Shown here in pieces: positions 1 through 9,467 of a stretch of DNA of 64,000 bases. Origin of the DNA: Myxococcota bacterium. Its GTDB lineage: Bacteria > Myxococcota_A > Polyangia > Nannocystales > Nannocystaceae. The stretch covers positions 82,596-146,595 of the forward strand of contig JBCCHT010000033.1 of NCBI GenBank assembly GCA_039028615.1, read 5' to 3'. How positions within the stretch are numbered: position 1 is the stretch's first letter; every line of letters starts with the position of its first letter. The translations under genes were made by a program, and so were the position numbers. The notes below the pieces were generated by a model. That model was given only the letters and a program-made list of their open reading frames with translations. It made no database searches and was not told the DNA's origin.

Positions 1-448
1 CGGCCTCGACGGGCTCCGGGGTGCGCGGCGGAGCGACGTTCGGCGGCGAGCGATGCTCGGCCGAACGAGCCGCGGGCGCCCGGCGAATGCCCACGCCCGA
101 GGTCTCCTCGCCATCGGCCGTCTTGTTGAGCATGGACGGCGCCGTCTCGGGCGACAGCGTCATGCCCTCGGCGTTCAGCCGAACGATGAGCGAGATGCCC
201 AAGATCAGCAGGGCGCACGCCGCCGCACCGACGAACGCCCACCGCAGGTTGGACCCCCACGATCGCGACGGGGGCACCGGGCGCGGCTCGGATCGCGTGC
301 CCCCCGGGAAGGGAATGACGCTCGCCTCGCGGTCCGTACCCATGCGCTCGAGCACGTCCTGAAAATCGGGCTCGGGCATCGCCGCCTCGGCCTCGGCCTC
401 GAGCGCGACTCCGTAGCGCCGCAGCGAGCGTCGCAGTCGTTCGCTCAT
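1..448 (-). CDS. Putative anti-sigma factor / single-pass membrane protein (3' end beyond window start)
   Basis: ATG at 448 overlaps the sigma-factor stop (ATGA). Reads MSERLRRSLRRYGVALEAEAEAAMPEPDFQDVLER...LRWAFVGAAACALLILGISLIV (TM helix). Open to the window edge; absent from the ORF track because it is truncated. Confidence 0.65.
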   Translation of the reverse strand, partial: MSERLRRSLRRYGVALEAEAEAAMPEPDFQDVLERMGTDREASVIPFPGGTRSEPRPVPPSRSWGSNLRWAFVGAAACALLILGISLIVRLNAEGMTLSPETAPSMLNKTADGEETSGVGIRRAPAARSAEHRSPPNVAPPRTPEPVEA

Positions 449-1017
449 GAGTTCACCTCCGAGCCGCCGAGCAAGCCCTGGAGGCGACGTCGCGCTCGAT
501 GGGCGCGCACACGAACATTGCCCGAGCTGATGCCCAAGCGCGCCCCCGCTTCCTCGGGGCTGAGCTGCTGGAGGTCGACCAAGACCAGGGCCTCGCGCTG
601 CGAGGGGGGCAGGCGAGCGAGCGCCTCTTCGAGCGCGTCGAACTGCTCGTCGCGACCCAGCTGCGCCTCGAGGTCGGGCCCGGGCTGCCGCTGCACCAGC
701 GCGCGCAGTCGGTCGACCAACCGCACCCCGCGATCCGATCGCCGCCAGTGCTCTCGACTCAGGTTCACCACGATGCCGTATAGCCACGTGGAGAAGGCCG
801 ATCGCTGCGGGTCGTAGTCGGCCAGTCCGCCGAGGGCCCGGGCGAAGGCCTCCTGGGCGAGGTCGTGCGCAACGTCGGCGTCTCGAACGAGCATGTAGGC
901 CTGGCGAAAGATGCGGTCGTGAAAACGACGGTACAGCTGCGCGGTCGCGCGGCGGTCCCCTCCCTGCGCTCGCTCGACCAAGCCGTCGAGCTCGGATATT
1001 TCGTCCGCCAAGTGCAC
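445..1017 (-). CDS. ECF RNA polymerase sigma-70 factor
   Basis: Region 2 AHDLAQEAFARAL...FSTWLYGIVVN; region 4 ALARLPPSQREALVLVDLQQLSPEEAGARLGISSGNVRVRAHRARRRL. Confidence 0.93.
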   Translation of the reverse strand: MHLADEISELDGLVERAQGGDRRATAQLYRRFHDRIFRQAYMLVRDADVAHDLAQEAFARALGGLADYDPQRSAFSTWLYGIVVNLSREHWRRSDRGVRLVDRLRALVQRQPGPDLEAQLGRDEQFDALEEALARLPPSQREALVLVDLQQLSPEEAGARLGISSGNVRVRAHRARRRLQGLLGGSEVNS

Positions 1018-1147
1018 GAGCGCCGGGGGTTCAGCCCATGATTGATCGTTGAACGGCTCGCGTTACACCGGAACGAAAAAAACGACGCATTCGAAGATTC
1101 TGGTCGTACGGCGTAACGCGAGCCCTCCGAGCGACAAGCACGGGGCG

Positions 1148-1927
1148 ATGAAACCGATGACACGCCTCGTTCGCTCCCTCGTGCTCCTTTCGCCGCTGCT
1201 GGTCCCAACCGTGGCCGGATGTGATGCCTCGGGCGATGACGACGCATTTCGCGCGGCCGCCGAGGCAGCCGAGCTGGCGCTGGACGAAGCGATCGACTCG
1301 GCCGAGCAAACGGACGCGGGCGGCCTCGCGGTGGACGCCCATCTCGTCGAAGACGGCGGCGTCCCTTACTACGAGGTCACGCTGGTCCGAACCGACGAGA
1401 CGCAACGACTGCGCGTTCAGGGCATCGAAGGCGATGTCGAGTGGCGAAGCCCCGCCCCCCGCGGCGGTGACTTCGACGACAGCGAGCGGGCCCTCGCCGA
1501 TCGAGGCAACCGACTGAGCGATGCGATCCGTGGGACCTGTGACCGCGACGGCGACATCCTCATCGGCGCTCGCATCAGCGACGGCCGTCTCGACCTCGAG
1601 CTGATCGACGAGGACGGCGAACGCTACGAAGTGGCGGGCCGCGAGCTGGCCGACCGCACCGTATCGCGGCCGAGCCGAGGCCGCGGTGACGCCGATCGCG
1701 GTGACACCGATCGAAGCGATGCCGACCGTGGAGACATCGATCGCGGCGCGGGCAGCCGTGGTGATGCCGACCGCGGCGACCGAGGAGGCGGTCGAGCTGC
1801 GATGCCACGCTGCCGCGAGCTGGCGGGTGACCGTGGCAACCGCGAAGATCTCGGCGACCGGGGCGAGGCCGATCGCGGTGACTCCGATCGTGATGATGCT
1901 GGCCGCGGAGACGCCGGTCGGGGCTGA
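1148..1927 (+). CDS. PepSY-like lipoprotein with C-terminal RGDxD pentapeptide repeats
   Basis: Lipobox VAGC; PepSY-like LALDEAIDSA...VDAHLVEDGGVPYYEVTLV; repetitive tail. Confidence 0.65.
   Translation: MKPMTRLVRSLVLLSPLLVPTVAGCDASGDDDAFRAAAEAAELALDEAIDSAEQTDAGGLAVDAHLVEDGGVPYYEVTLVRTDETQRLRVQGIEGDVEWRSPAPRGGDFDDSERALADRGNRLSDAIRGTCDRDGDILIGARISDGRLDLELIDEDGERYEVAGRELADRTVSRPSRGRGDADRGDTDRSDADRGDIDRGAGSRGDADRGDRGGGRAAMPRCRELAGDRGNREDLGDRGEADRGDSDRDDAGRGDAGRG
1682..1924 (+). repeat. Degenerate 15-nt tandem repeats (cgcggtgacgccgat-like) encoding RGDxD
   Basis: RGDAD RGDTD RSDAD RGDID RGAGS RGDAD ... RGEAD RGDSD RDDAG RGDAG. Confidence 0.85.
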
Positions 1928-1951
1928 ACTGGACCTTCTGCCCTTCCCGTT

Positions 1952-1989
1952 GGGGGCCAGGTCGCGCGTGCGGCTTGGCCCCCTTTTTT
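1952..1989 (+). terminator. Intrinsic terminator
   Basis: GGGGGCCAGGTCGC-gcgt-GCGGCTTGGCCCCC stem followed by T6, between convergent genes. Confidence 0.8.
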
Positions 1990-1993
1990 CGAC

Positions 1994-2893
1994 CTACGGG
2001 CGTTCGAACACGGTCTTCACGATGCGGGCGAAGGCGGGAGCCGACACCGAGCCGCCAAAGCCCCCCTTGCCCGCGCCGAGGACCGAGACGCCGATCCATG
2101 CCGTCGTCTCGCCATCGCTGACGCGCCCCACGAAGACCGCCACCCGAGAGCCCGGTTCCCCGCTGGTGCCCGTCTTGCCCAGGACGTCCAGGCCGGGAAC
2201 CACCGCCTGATCTCCGGTGCCGTCGGGGCCCACCGCCCCGCGCAGCATGTCGAGAACCGGCTCACCGTCGGGCGCCGCCCCCATCTTCGCGTACGCCCGC
2301 ACCAGGTCGTGCAGCGGCACCTCGCTGGAGAACCCGTCGAGCAACCCCACCGCCACACCCAGGCTCTCGTCGCCCGACTCCGGCAGGGGCACCATGGCCG
2401 CGACCCGGGCGTAGACCGCCTTCCACGGGGTGGCCTGGAGTACCCGAGCGAGCGCGATGTTCGAGGATCTCGCCACCGCCTGCGGCAGGGTGAGGACGCC
2501 GTTGTCGTGCGCATCGTAGATCTCGTGCCCGTCCACCACGACCGGCTGGGATGCATCGAGCGTGATCGACGGATCGAGTCCTTCGGCCAACGCGGCATAG
2601 ATCGTCAGCGACTTCATCGTCGACCCGGTCGGGGTCGCCTGGTCGATGTCGCCATGAGACGCCAACACCGTGTCGCCTGACGCATCGAACACCACGATCT
2701 GAACCGTGCCGTCCGGGTATTCGGCCTCGAGCGTGGCGGCCTCGGCCTGCACCGCGGATGCCCAATCGAGCGCCGCCGCATTCGAGGAGGCCACAGGCTC
2801 GCTCGCCCCGGAGGCGGGTGTCGCCGCGGGAGTCGACGGAGATGCCGCGCATGCGGCCAGCAGGAGAACGCAGGAACTCAGTCCAATTCGCAT
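1994..2893 (-). CDS. Transpeptidase-domain-only PBP / serine beta-lactamase-fold lipoprotein
   Basis: SxxK (STMK), SxN (SSN), KTG (GKTGT); lipobox LAAC. Start may be 2905. Confidence 0.8.
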   Translation of the reverse strand: MRIGLSSCVLLLAACAASPSTPAATPASGASEPVASSNAAALDWASAVQAEAATLEAEYPDGTVQIVVFDASGDTVLASHGDIDQATPTGSTMKSLTIYAALAEGLDPSITLDASQPVVVDGHEIYDAHDNGVLTLPQAVARSSNIALARVLQATPWKAVYARVAAMVPLPESGDESLGVAVGLLDGFSSEVPLHDLVRAYAKMGAAPDGEPVLDMLRGAVGPDGTGDQAVVPGLDVLGKTGTSGEPGSRVAVFVGRVSDGETTAWIGVSVLGAGKGGFGGSVSAPAFARIVKTVFERP

Positions 2894-2962
2894 GGTCGGC
2901 GGCATGACGCCCGGGTGCTTTGCTCCATTCCAGTTTGGGAGAAACTCTCGCACCCGGCCGGC

Positions 2963-3859
2963 TCACGAGGCGGGGATGGTGCTCTGGGAGGACGGCAGCT
3001 GCCGCTCGCGCAGCTCCATGATCTCGGTCATCAGCGCCCGCAAGCGCTCGGAGACCTCGGCCTCCAGTTCCTCTTCGGTGAGCCCGCGGCCGGTCTCTTC
3101 GCGGAACCGATGCAGCGCGTCGTCGCGTCGCTGGCGGAGCTGCAGCAGGTGCAGCTTGATCTCGCTGTCGAGTCGAGCGATGCGCAGCTCCGCGTCGCGC
3201 TCGGCTTCGTGGGTCGCGATGCGATGCGCCGTGGTGGACTCGGTGATCGTGCGAATGCCTCGCGCGTCCATGATGTGGTTGGGATCGAGCTGCTCGATCG
3301 GCGTCTGCCCCAGCGACTCGATCGCAACGTCGTCGAGGACGTAGCCCTGCAGGTCGGACCCGATCTGCTCGACCACCTGATCGCGAAACTCCTCCCGCTG
3401 CGAGGCGAGCTGCTCGAAGCTCACCTCCTTGGCCACCGACTCCAGTGCTTCGGTGAAACGCCCGCGAAAGATTTCATCGATGGTCGTAACCTCGGTGGCG
3501 CGAGCGCACCCCACCCGCGCCGCGACCTTCAGGATGTCCTCGACGCTCGTACCGACCCGCACCGAGAACACCGCCCGAAGGTCGGCCCGGATGTCATCAC
3601 GGCATGACAAACCGTGCCTTCCCTGGCACTCGATTTTCAGCGTCCGAACCGAGACATCCATCAGTTCGGCCCGATGCACGATCGGCAAGACCATGGCGTT
3701 GTTCGACGAAACCTCGATTCGATTGAGCCGATTGATGATCAGGACGTGACCCGACGGGACGGCGACGAACGAGTGCTTCGCCATGAGCCCGAGGACGATG
3801 GCCATCAGCACCCCCACCCCCGCGAGCACCGCCACCATGGTCATCGTGGGATCGGACAC
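2963..3859 (-). CDS. SPFH/band-7 (flotillin-like) membrane protein
   Basis: N-terminal TM; VLPIVHRAELMDVSVRTL..GLSCRDDIRADLRAVFSVRV; DLQGYVLDDVAIESLGQT. Confidence 0.85.
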   Translation of the reverse strand: MSDPTMTMVAVLAGVGVLMAIVLGLMAKHSFVAVPSGHVLIINRLNRIEVSSNNAMVLPIVHRAELMDVSVRTLKIECQGRHGLSCRDDIRADLRAVFSVRVGTSVEDILKVAARVGCARATEVTTIDEIFRGRFTEALESVAKEVSFEQLASQREEFRDQVVEQIGSDLQGYVLDDVAIESLGQTPIEQLDPNHIMDARGIRTITESTTAHRIATHEAERDAELRIARLDSEIKLHLLQLRQRRDDALHRFREETGRGLTEEELEAEVSERLRALMTEIMELRERQLPSSQSTIPAS

Positions 3860-3941
3860 ACGTCATCATATCTTGGCTGGACGACCAGTCCGCGGGTTTT
3901 TGCAGTCTCGAAGAGGGCCGGGCTAGCATCTCGAACCACTC

Positions 3942-5876
3942 ATGGCCCACCGCCAAACCGCGCTACGAAACACCGTCGCCGGCCTCATCGGCCTGGCGCT
4001 CGCGGTCTCTGCCTGCAAGGACGACCGCGAAAGCTCGCCCCAGCGAGACGAGACCGCGGCCCCAGCCGCCGAGCCAGAGCCAGAGCCTTCGAGCGCATCC
4101 GACTACGCCAACATCGAGCCGCCTCCGCCGACGAAGGTGGACTCGGTGCAGTGGCTCGAGCAGGGCTGGACCGACGAGCAACGCCGTCGCTTCTATTACC
4201 TGCACCAAGGCGCGGAGACCTTCCCGCTGCCCTACGAGTGGTTCATGGCGCTCGAGCAGCCGAGCCCGAACCCGGCCGAAGAATCCCCGCTGCTGTCCGA
4301 CCCTGCCTACCTCGAGCGCTTCGGCTTCATCCGCGGCGAGGCCGACCCCGAGCTCAACCCCGATGGCCTGCCGATCGGCTTCGCCCGCATCGAGCAGTTC
4401 GACAACCCCATCGGCAACCAGGCCTTCCCCAACCTCGCCACCGGCAAGCGCTACGACGCGATCGGCTTCACCTGCGGGGCGTGTCACACGGGTCAGCTCG
4501 AGTACCAGGGCAAGCGCGTCATCATCGACGGCGGCCAGGGGATGATCGACGTCTCGACGCTCTCCGATGCGGTCGTCGGCGCACTGGCGGGCCTGACCAG
4601 CCGTCCCCGGGGCATTCGCTTCGTGATGCGCGTGCTGCCCAAGGGATGGACCCTCGAGCAACAAGAGGCCCTGGTCGAGCAGCTCAAGTCGTTCCTGCTG
4701 CGCCTGAAGGCCTCGGGCGAGGACGCTCGGCGAGCGGCGTCGGCCCTCGGTGCCGAGACCGTTCCCGTCGAGGGCTTCATTCGCCTGGACGCCTTCGCGC
4801 GCATCGGCAACCAGCTGTTCTGGACGCAGCAGCGCAAGTCCAACGGCATCACCGGGCCGGAGCTCGACTTCAACTACGCGCTCACCAACGCGCCGGTCAA
4901 CTACCCGCCCGCATGGACGGCGCCGTGGTTCGACTGGGTGCAGTTCAACGGCTCGCTCAAGCAGCCGATGTTCCGCAACTACTTCGAGTCGCTCGGCGGC
5001 GGCGCTCGCATGAACCTCGGGCCCGACCCCGAAAAGCAGCTGAGCGCGAGCCCGGACGTGCGGAACATTCGCAAGCTCGAGCACGACCTGGCTGGCGAGG
5101 CCCCCTTTGCCGCCAAGGCGTTCACCGGACTGCGTCCACCAAAGTGGCCCGCGGACGTGCTCGGGCCCGTGGACACCGCCCTGGTCGAAAAGGGCGCCAC
5201 GCTCTACGCCCAGCACTGCCAGCACTGCCACCTGCCCCCGCTCGGCTCGGACGGGATCTGGGACGACGAACAGTGGGTCACCGACACCTACCAGGGCAAG
5301 GAGACCGGGATCCGCTACCTCAAGCTCGACTTGATCCCGCTCGACGTCATCGGCACCGACCCGGGCCAGGCCAAGAACATGGCCGAGCGCCAGATCCAGC
5401 TCCCCGAGTTCGCGGGCGGCACCAAGACCAGCTACCGCGAGGCCCTCATGGCCATGCAGGGCGCGATCACCAAGGCCTACGACGAAGCGGGCATCCCCGA
5501 GGACCAGCGCGCCGAATACGACGGCCACCGCGACAACGTCGTGCGCACCGAGCTGGCCTACCGACCTCGCCCCCTCGACGGCGTCTGGGCCACCGCTCCG
5601 TTCCTGCACAACGGCTCCGTGCCCAACCTCTACGCCCTGCTGTCGCCCGTATCCGAGCGGCCGGAGAAGTTCTACCTGGGCAGCCGACAGTTCGATCCCA
5701 AGCGGGTCGGCTACGAGCACGGCGAGGGCAAGGGCCTGACGCTGGTCGATACCAGCATCGGCGGTAACCTCAATACCGGGCACGAGTTCACCGAAGGCTC
5801 GGGTAAGGGAATCATCGGTCCCGCCCTGAGCGAAGATGACCGGTGGGCTCTGGTCGAATACCTCAAGACGCTCTGA
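3942..5876 (+). CDS. Di-heme cytochrome c lipoprotein (RoxA / di-heme peroxidase-like)
   Basis: Lipobox VSAC; CGACH and CQHCH heme motifs; YRPRPLDGVWATAPFLHNGSVPNL; GHEF..IIGPALSEDDRWALVEYLKTL. Confidence 0.85.
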   Translation: MAHRQTALRNTVAGLIGLALAVSACKDDRESSPQRDETAAPAAEPEPEPSSASDYANIEPPPPTKVDSVQWLEQGWTDEQRRRFYYLHQGAETFPLPYEWFMALEQPSPNPAEESPLLSDPAYLERFGFIRGEADPELNPDGLPIGFARIEQFDNPIGNQAFPNLATGKRYDAIGFTCGACHTGQLEYQGKRVIIDGGQGMIDVSTLSDAVVGALAGLTSRPRGIRFVMRVLPKGWTLEQQEALVEQLKSFLLRLKASGEDARRAASALGAETVPVEGFIRLDAFARIGNQLFWTQQRKSNGITGPELDFNYALTNAPVNYPPAWTAPWFDWVQFNGSLKQPMFRNYFESLGGGARMNLGPDPEKQLSASPDVRNIRKLEHDLAGEAPFAAKAFTGLRPPKWPADVLGPVDTALVEKGATLYAQHCQHCHLPPLGSDGIWDDEQWVTDTYQGKETGIRYLKLDLIPLDVIGTDPGQAKNMAERQIQLPEFAGGTKTSYREALMAMQGAITKAYDEAGIPEDQRAEYDGHRDNVVRTELAYRPRPLDGVWATAPFLHNGSVPNLYALLSPVSERPEKFYLGSRQFDPKRVGYEHGEGKGLTLVDTSIGGNLNTGHEFTEGSGKGIIGPALSEDDRWALVEYLKTL

Positions 5877-5915
5877 GCCCTTCCTACTTCCCGAGGGCTG
5901 AGATAGCGTGGGCCG

Positions 5916-8900
5916 ATGGCGAATGCCGCCCGCGTCGTCTTGCCTGGCCCCAGCGGCGAACGATTCGAGCTGAGCGCGAGTCGTGAGCTCGTCGAGACGC
6001 CAGGCTGGCCCGTCACCGATGGTCGCTACGCCGCGACCATCGTGCGATCCCACCTCCAAGGACCGGGGCCTCGGGTCCGGGCGGCCCTGCGGGCGCTCCG
6101 TGAGCTCTTCGAGCAATGGGCGCCCGCCGACACCTCGTTGTCGGACGAACAGGTCATCGAGCGCGCCGCGGCGGAGCTCGAGCAGAGCGACGGAGGCCGG
6201 CTGATGCTGCGCCAGGTGGAGGCACCTCGGGTCCTGGCGAGCAGCTTCGACGCCGGCACCGAGCCCATCCAGGACCTCGTCGATCTGGCCGAGCCGGCCC
6301 CCGCCGAGGAGACCACTACTTGGTTCGAGGTTCACTTCGAAGACGAGCTCGGCGAGGCGCTGTCCGACGTGGGGCTCAGCCTCGCCATCGACGGGGGCAT
6401 CGAGTCGGCCACCACCGACGGCAGCGGAACGGTGCGCCACGACGGAGCCCGCACGAGCTTCGCGTCGGCCAAGGTCGCCGATCTCTCCGCGCTGCGCGAC
6501 GTCCTGATCGAGCGCTGGTCCGAGGCCCGGGGCCAGCCGTGGAAGACCCACGAAGGCCACACCGAGCACACCATCGTTCCCTACCGCGAGCCGCTCCCCG
6601 AGATCGCGCTCAGCAGCGAGACCCCGCACACGGTGGTGCTGCAGCCTCGGGTCACCCGGGCGCGGCTGGTCGGCGGGCTCTTCGACACCAACAAGGCCTT
6701 CCTGCTCCCCGACGCGCTGCGCCACGTACGATCGATTCGTTCGCTCTACGACCAGCACCCGGACGCCGAGCTGCTGCTAGTCGGCCATACCGATACCAGC
6801 GGAGAGATTCCCTACAACGAGACGCTATCGCTCGAGCGGGCCGAGTCGATGAAGGCCTACCTCACCGACGACGTCGACGCCTGGCTCGACTGGTACGGCT
6901 CGGGCAAGCCCTCGTCCAAGCGCTGGGGCGAGATGGAAGACCGCATGATGCTCGAGGCGGTGCTCTTCCGTCGCGGGCAGAGCCCGAGCTCGCAGTCGCT
7001 GAAGGACTTCCAGCGCAGCGAAGGCCTGGTCGACGACGGCATCATCGGTCCGAATACCCGGCGGGCCCTCGTCACCGCGTACATGGGGATCGACGGCACG
7101 ACCCTGCCCGAGGGGATCACCCCGGTCACCCATGGCTGCGGCGAGGCCTTCCCCCTCGCCGGCGACGGAGTCGCGCTCGACGACGCCGCGGCCGATGGCC
7201 AGAGCGATGCCGCCGACCGTCGGGTGGAGCTGTTCTTCTTCGACGGGCCGCTGGACATCCTGCCGCCCCCGCCCGGCTCGACCTCGGCCGCGGGCAGCAC
7301 CGAGTATCCCGAGTGGCGGCTGCGCGCGCAGCAGACCCGCGACTTCGTGGTCCGCGAGACCAAGGCCATCGCGGTCAAGGTCACCGATGCCGATACCGAC
7401 GAGCCGCTGGCCGGCGCCCAGGTCACGCTGTCGGCCGCGGCGCCCGAGGGCGTCGACGCCAAGCCCGAAGGCGGCGGCTCGAAGGAGACCGACGACTTCG
7501 GCGTCGCCGTGTTCGACGACATGGACGACGGCAGCTACAGCGTGGGCGTCGAGCGGCCCAGCCACTCCGGCGAGGTGGTCGAGCACGAGATCGGGCCCGA
7601 CGATCCGCCCACCGTGATCCCCATCGCCCTGGCCGCGGGCTTGGGCGACCTGCTGGTGTCGGTCACCGACCAGCACACGGGCGCCGCCCTCAAAGACATC
7701 GACGTGCGCATCGACGGCCCCGAAGCGCACGGGAAGCTGACCGCGGCCGACGGCTCCGCCACCTTCAGCGACATCCCCACCGGGTCCTACGACGTCGAGG
7801 TCGCCGCCAACGGCTTCAGCGCCTTCACGGGCACGGCCACGGTCGTCGCGGACTCGTCCGTCTCCCTGCCCGTGACGCTGGTGTCCACCAAGCCCCGCGA
7901 GGGCAACCTCGCCATCGTCGTACAGGACAAGGGCGGCGCCCCCATCAAGGACGCCACCGTTCGCCTGCAAGGCATGACCTCCACCACGACCAACACCAAC
8001 GCCAAGGGCGAAGCGTTGATCGGGCCCGTGAACGAGGGCACCCATCAGCTGGAGACCCTCGCCGAGTGGTTCGAGCTGAAGACCGAGAACGTGTCGGTCT
8101 TGCCCGATCAGACCACCAACGTGACCGTGGTGCTCTCGCCGCTGAAGGTCGACCTCGAGGCCACGCTCTTTTACAACCGCACCTGGGACTACAACGCGCA
8201 CGCCACCCCCATCGCGGCGGTCAAAGAGACCCTGCCCGGGGTCAAGGTGGAGCTGCGGATCAAGCCCAAGGGGGGCAGCTCGCTGTCCGTGCACGCCACC
8301 GAGCACGCGAGCAAGGACGGCAAGGTCAAATTCAAGGCCGTGCCTCAGGCCGACGCCCTCGAGCTGCGGATCTTCCTCGAGCACGAGGGCGGCAAGATCG
8401 TCGCGTTCAAGGGAGACACCAACGCCGTCACCCAGGCCGATTTCGAGGTCAAGACCAACAAGTCGGCCTGGCATCAGCTGCCGCTGTCGGCCGCGCTCAT
8501 GGGCAAGATCGACGGCAAGATGTCCGCCGTGGATCTCGGCGACATCGAGATCACCAAGGCGCTCTTCGTCGACATGTGCGACTGCTACAAGTCGATCTGG
8601 TTCGGCCACGGGCAGATCAAGAAGCTCGCCAACAGCACCCTGCCCTTCTGCGAGGTCCGCTACCCCTCCACCACCACCAGCTTCCACCGCGGCGGCAAGC
8701 TCACCGTCCTCAAGGACGACCTCAAAGACCGCGACGTGCTGCTCCACGAGTACGCGCACTTCATCATCGGCAAGAAGGTCGGCTCGAAGGGCGCGGGCTA
8801 CAAGTACGACGATGGCAACGGCACCATCGGCAAGCACAACCGCACGAGCAAAGAGCACTACGAGTCCGCCTGGGCCGAAGGCATCGCCACCTTCCTGTCT

Positions 8901-9467
8901 TGTGCGATGTCCAACGACCCGCACTACCACGACGGCTACGACGCCAACCTCAGTTATCACCTCGACAGCGACAACACGCAAATCGGGGCCCACTCCGAGG
9001 GGAGCATCCAGGAGGCGCTGTGGGACACCTACAAGGTGCAGGGGGTGAGCTTCAAGAAGATGTGGGCCGCGCTGACCAACACCTCGAAGATGGTGGTCAA
9101 CTCGGCGCCGAAGTATCACGAAAACTGGGGCAGCCTGGGCGTCGCCGACCACGCCAAGCTCGTGGCCGCGTACCACAAGTTCAGCATGAAGTACGTCTAC
9201 GACTACCGCAGCGGCGGTGATCGTTTCGAGGCGGTGGCCGCCCCCAAGAAGTTCTCGGCCTCGAGCAAGGAGTTCGCCACCATCGACGAGCTGTACGACA
9301 ACTTCGGCAAGCTCGGCGGCGGCACCAAGGCGGACTACAAAGAAGAGTTCTACAACCGCAACGAGAAGTTCAACTCCGGGGCCATGGCGTCCGGCTCCTC
9401 GCGCACCAACCCGAAGATCACCGCGGGCAAGAAGTACATCGTGCCCGAGCGTCGGGAGATCAAGTGA
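5916..9467 (+). CDS. Multidomain protein: OmpA-like + peptidoglycan-binding + carboxypeptidase-regulatory-like repeats + C-terminal HExxH metallopeptidase
   Basis: LLLVGHTDTSGEIPYNETLSLERAESM...RRVELFFF (OmpA); FQRSEGLVDDGIIGPNTRRAL (PG-binding); three LxVxVxD..G..L/I..A.V modules; VLLHEYAHF...AWAEGIATF. Confidence 0.8.
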   Translation: MANAARVVLPGPSGERFELSASRELVETPGWPVTDGRYAATIVRSHLQGPGPRVRAALRALRELFEQWAPADTSLSDEQVIERAAAELEQSDGGRLMLRQVEAPRVLASSFDAGTEPIQDLVDLAEPAPAEETTTWFEVHFEDELGEALSDVGLSLAIDGGIESATTDGSGTVRHDGARTSFASAKVADLSALRDVLIERWSEARGQPWKTHEGHTEHTIVPYREPLPEIALSSETPHTVVLQPRVTRARLVGGLFDTNKAFLLPDALRHVRSIRSLYDQHPDAELLLVGHTDTSGEIPYNETLSLERAESMKAYLTDDVDAWLDWYGSGKPSSKRWGEMEDRMMLEAVLFRRGQSPSSQSLKDFQRSEGLVDDGIIGPNTRRALVTAYMGIDGTTLPEGITPVTHGCGEAFPLAGDGVALDDAAADGQSDAADRRVELFFFDGPLDILPPPPGSTSAAGSTEYPEWRLRAQQTRDFVVRETKAIAVKVTDADTDEPLAGAQVTLSAAAPEGVDAKPEGGGSKETDDFGVAVFDDMDDGSYSVGVERPSHSGEVVEHEIGPDDPPTVIPIALAAGLGDLLVSVTDQHTGAALKDIDVRIDGPEAHGKLTAADGSATFSDIPTGSYDVEVAANGFSAFTGTATVVADSSVSLPVTLVSTKPREGNLAIVVQDKGGAPIKDATVRLQGMTSTTTNTNAKGEALIGPVNEGTHQLETLAEWFELKTENVSVLPDQTTNVTVVLSPLKVDLEATLFYNRTWDYNAHATPIAAVKETLPGVKVELRIKPKGGSSLSVHATEHASKDGKVKFKAVPQADALELRIFLEHEGGKIVAFKGDTNAVTQADFEVKTNKSAWHQLPLSAALMGKIDGKMSAVDLGDIEITKALFVDMCDCYKSIWFGHGQIKKLANSTLPFCEVRYPSTTTSFHRGGKLTVLKDDLKDRDVLLHEYAHFIIGKKVGSKGAGYKYDDGNGTIGKHNRTSKEHYESAWAEGIATFLSCAMSNDPHYHDGYDANLSYHLDSDNTQIGAHSEGSIQEALWDTYKVQGVSFKKMWAALTNTSKMVVNSAPKYHENWGSLGVADHAKLVAAYHKFSMKYVYDYRSGGDRFEAVAAPKKFSASSKEFATIDELYDNFGKLGGGTKADYKEEFYNRNEKFNSGAMASGSSRTNPKITAGKKYIVPERREIK

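Noticed and set aside
1682..1924. Possible CRISPR or non-coding repeat array
   Set aside because: Contiguous 15-nt in-frame coding repeats with no spacers; no cas genes or CRISPR array seen in the window
3963..6758. Very long antisense or alternate-frame ORFs (e.g. 3963-6758 -, 6116-9220 +, 6825-9176 -, 31594-33939 -, 38384-40351 -)
   Set aside because: Shadow ORFs typical of high-GC DNA; they overlap genes with clear motifs and have R/G/A/P-rich or antisense-pattern composition
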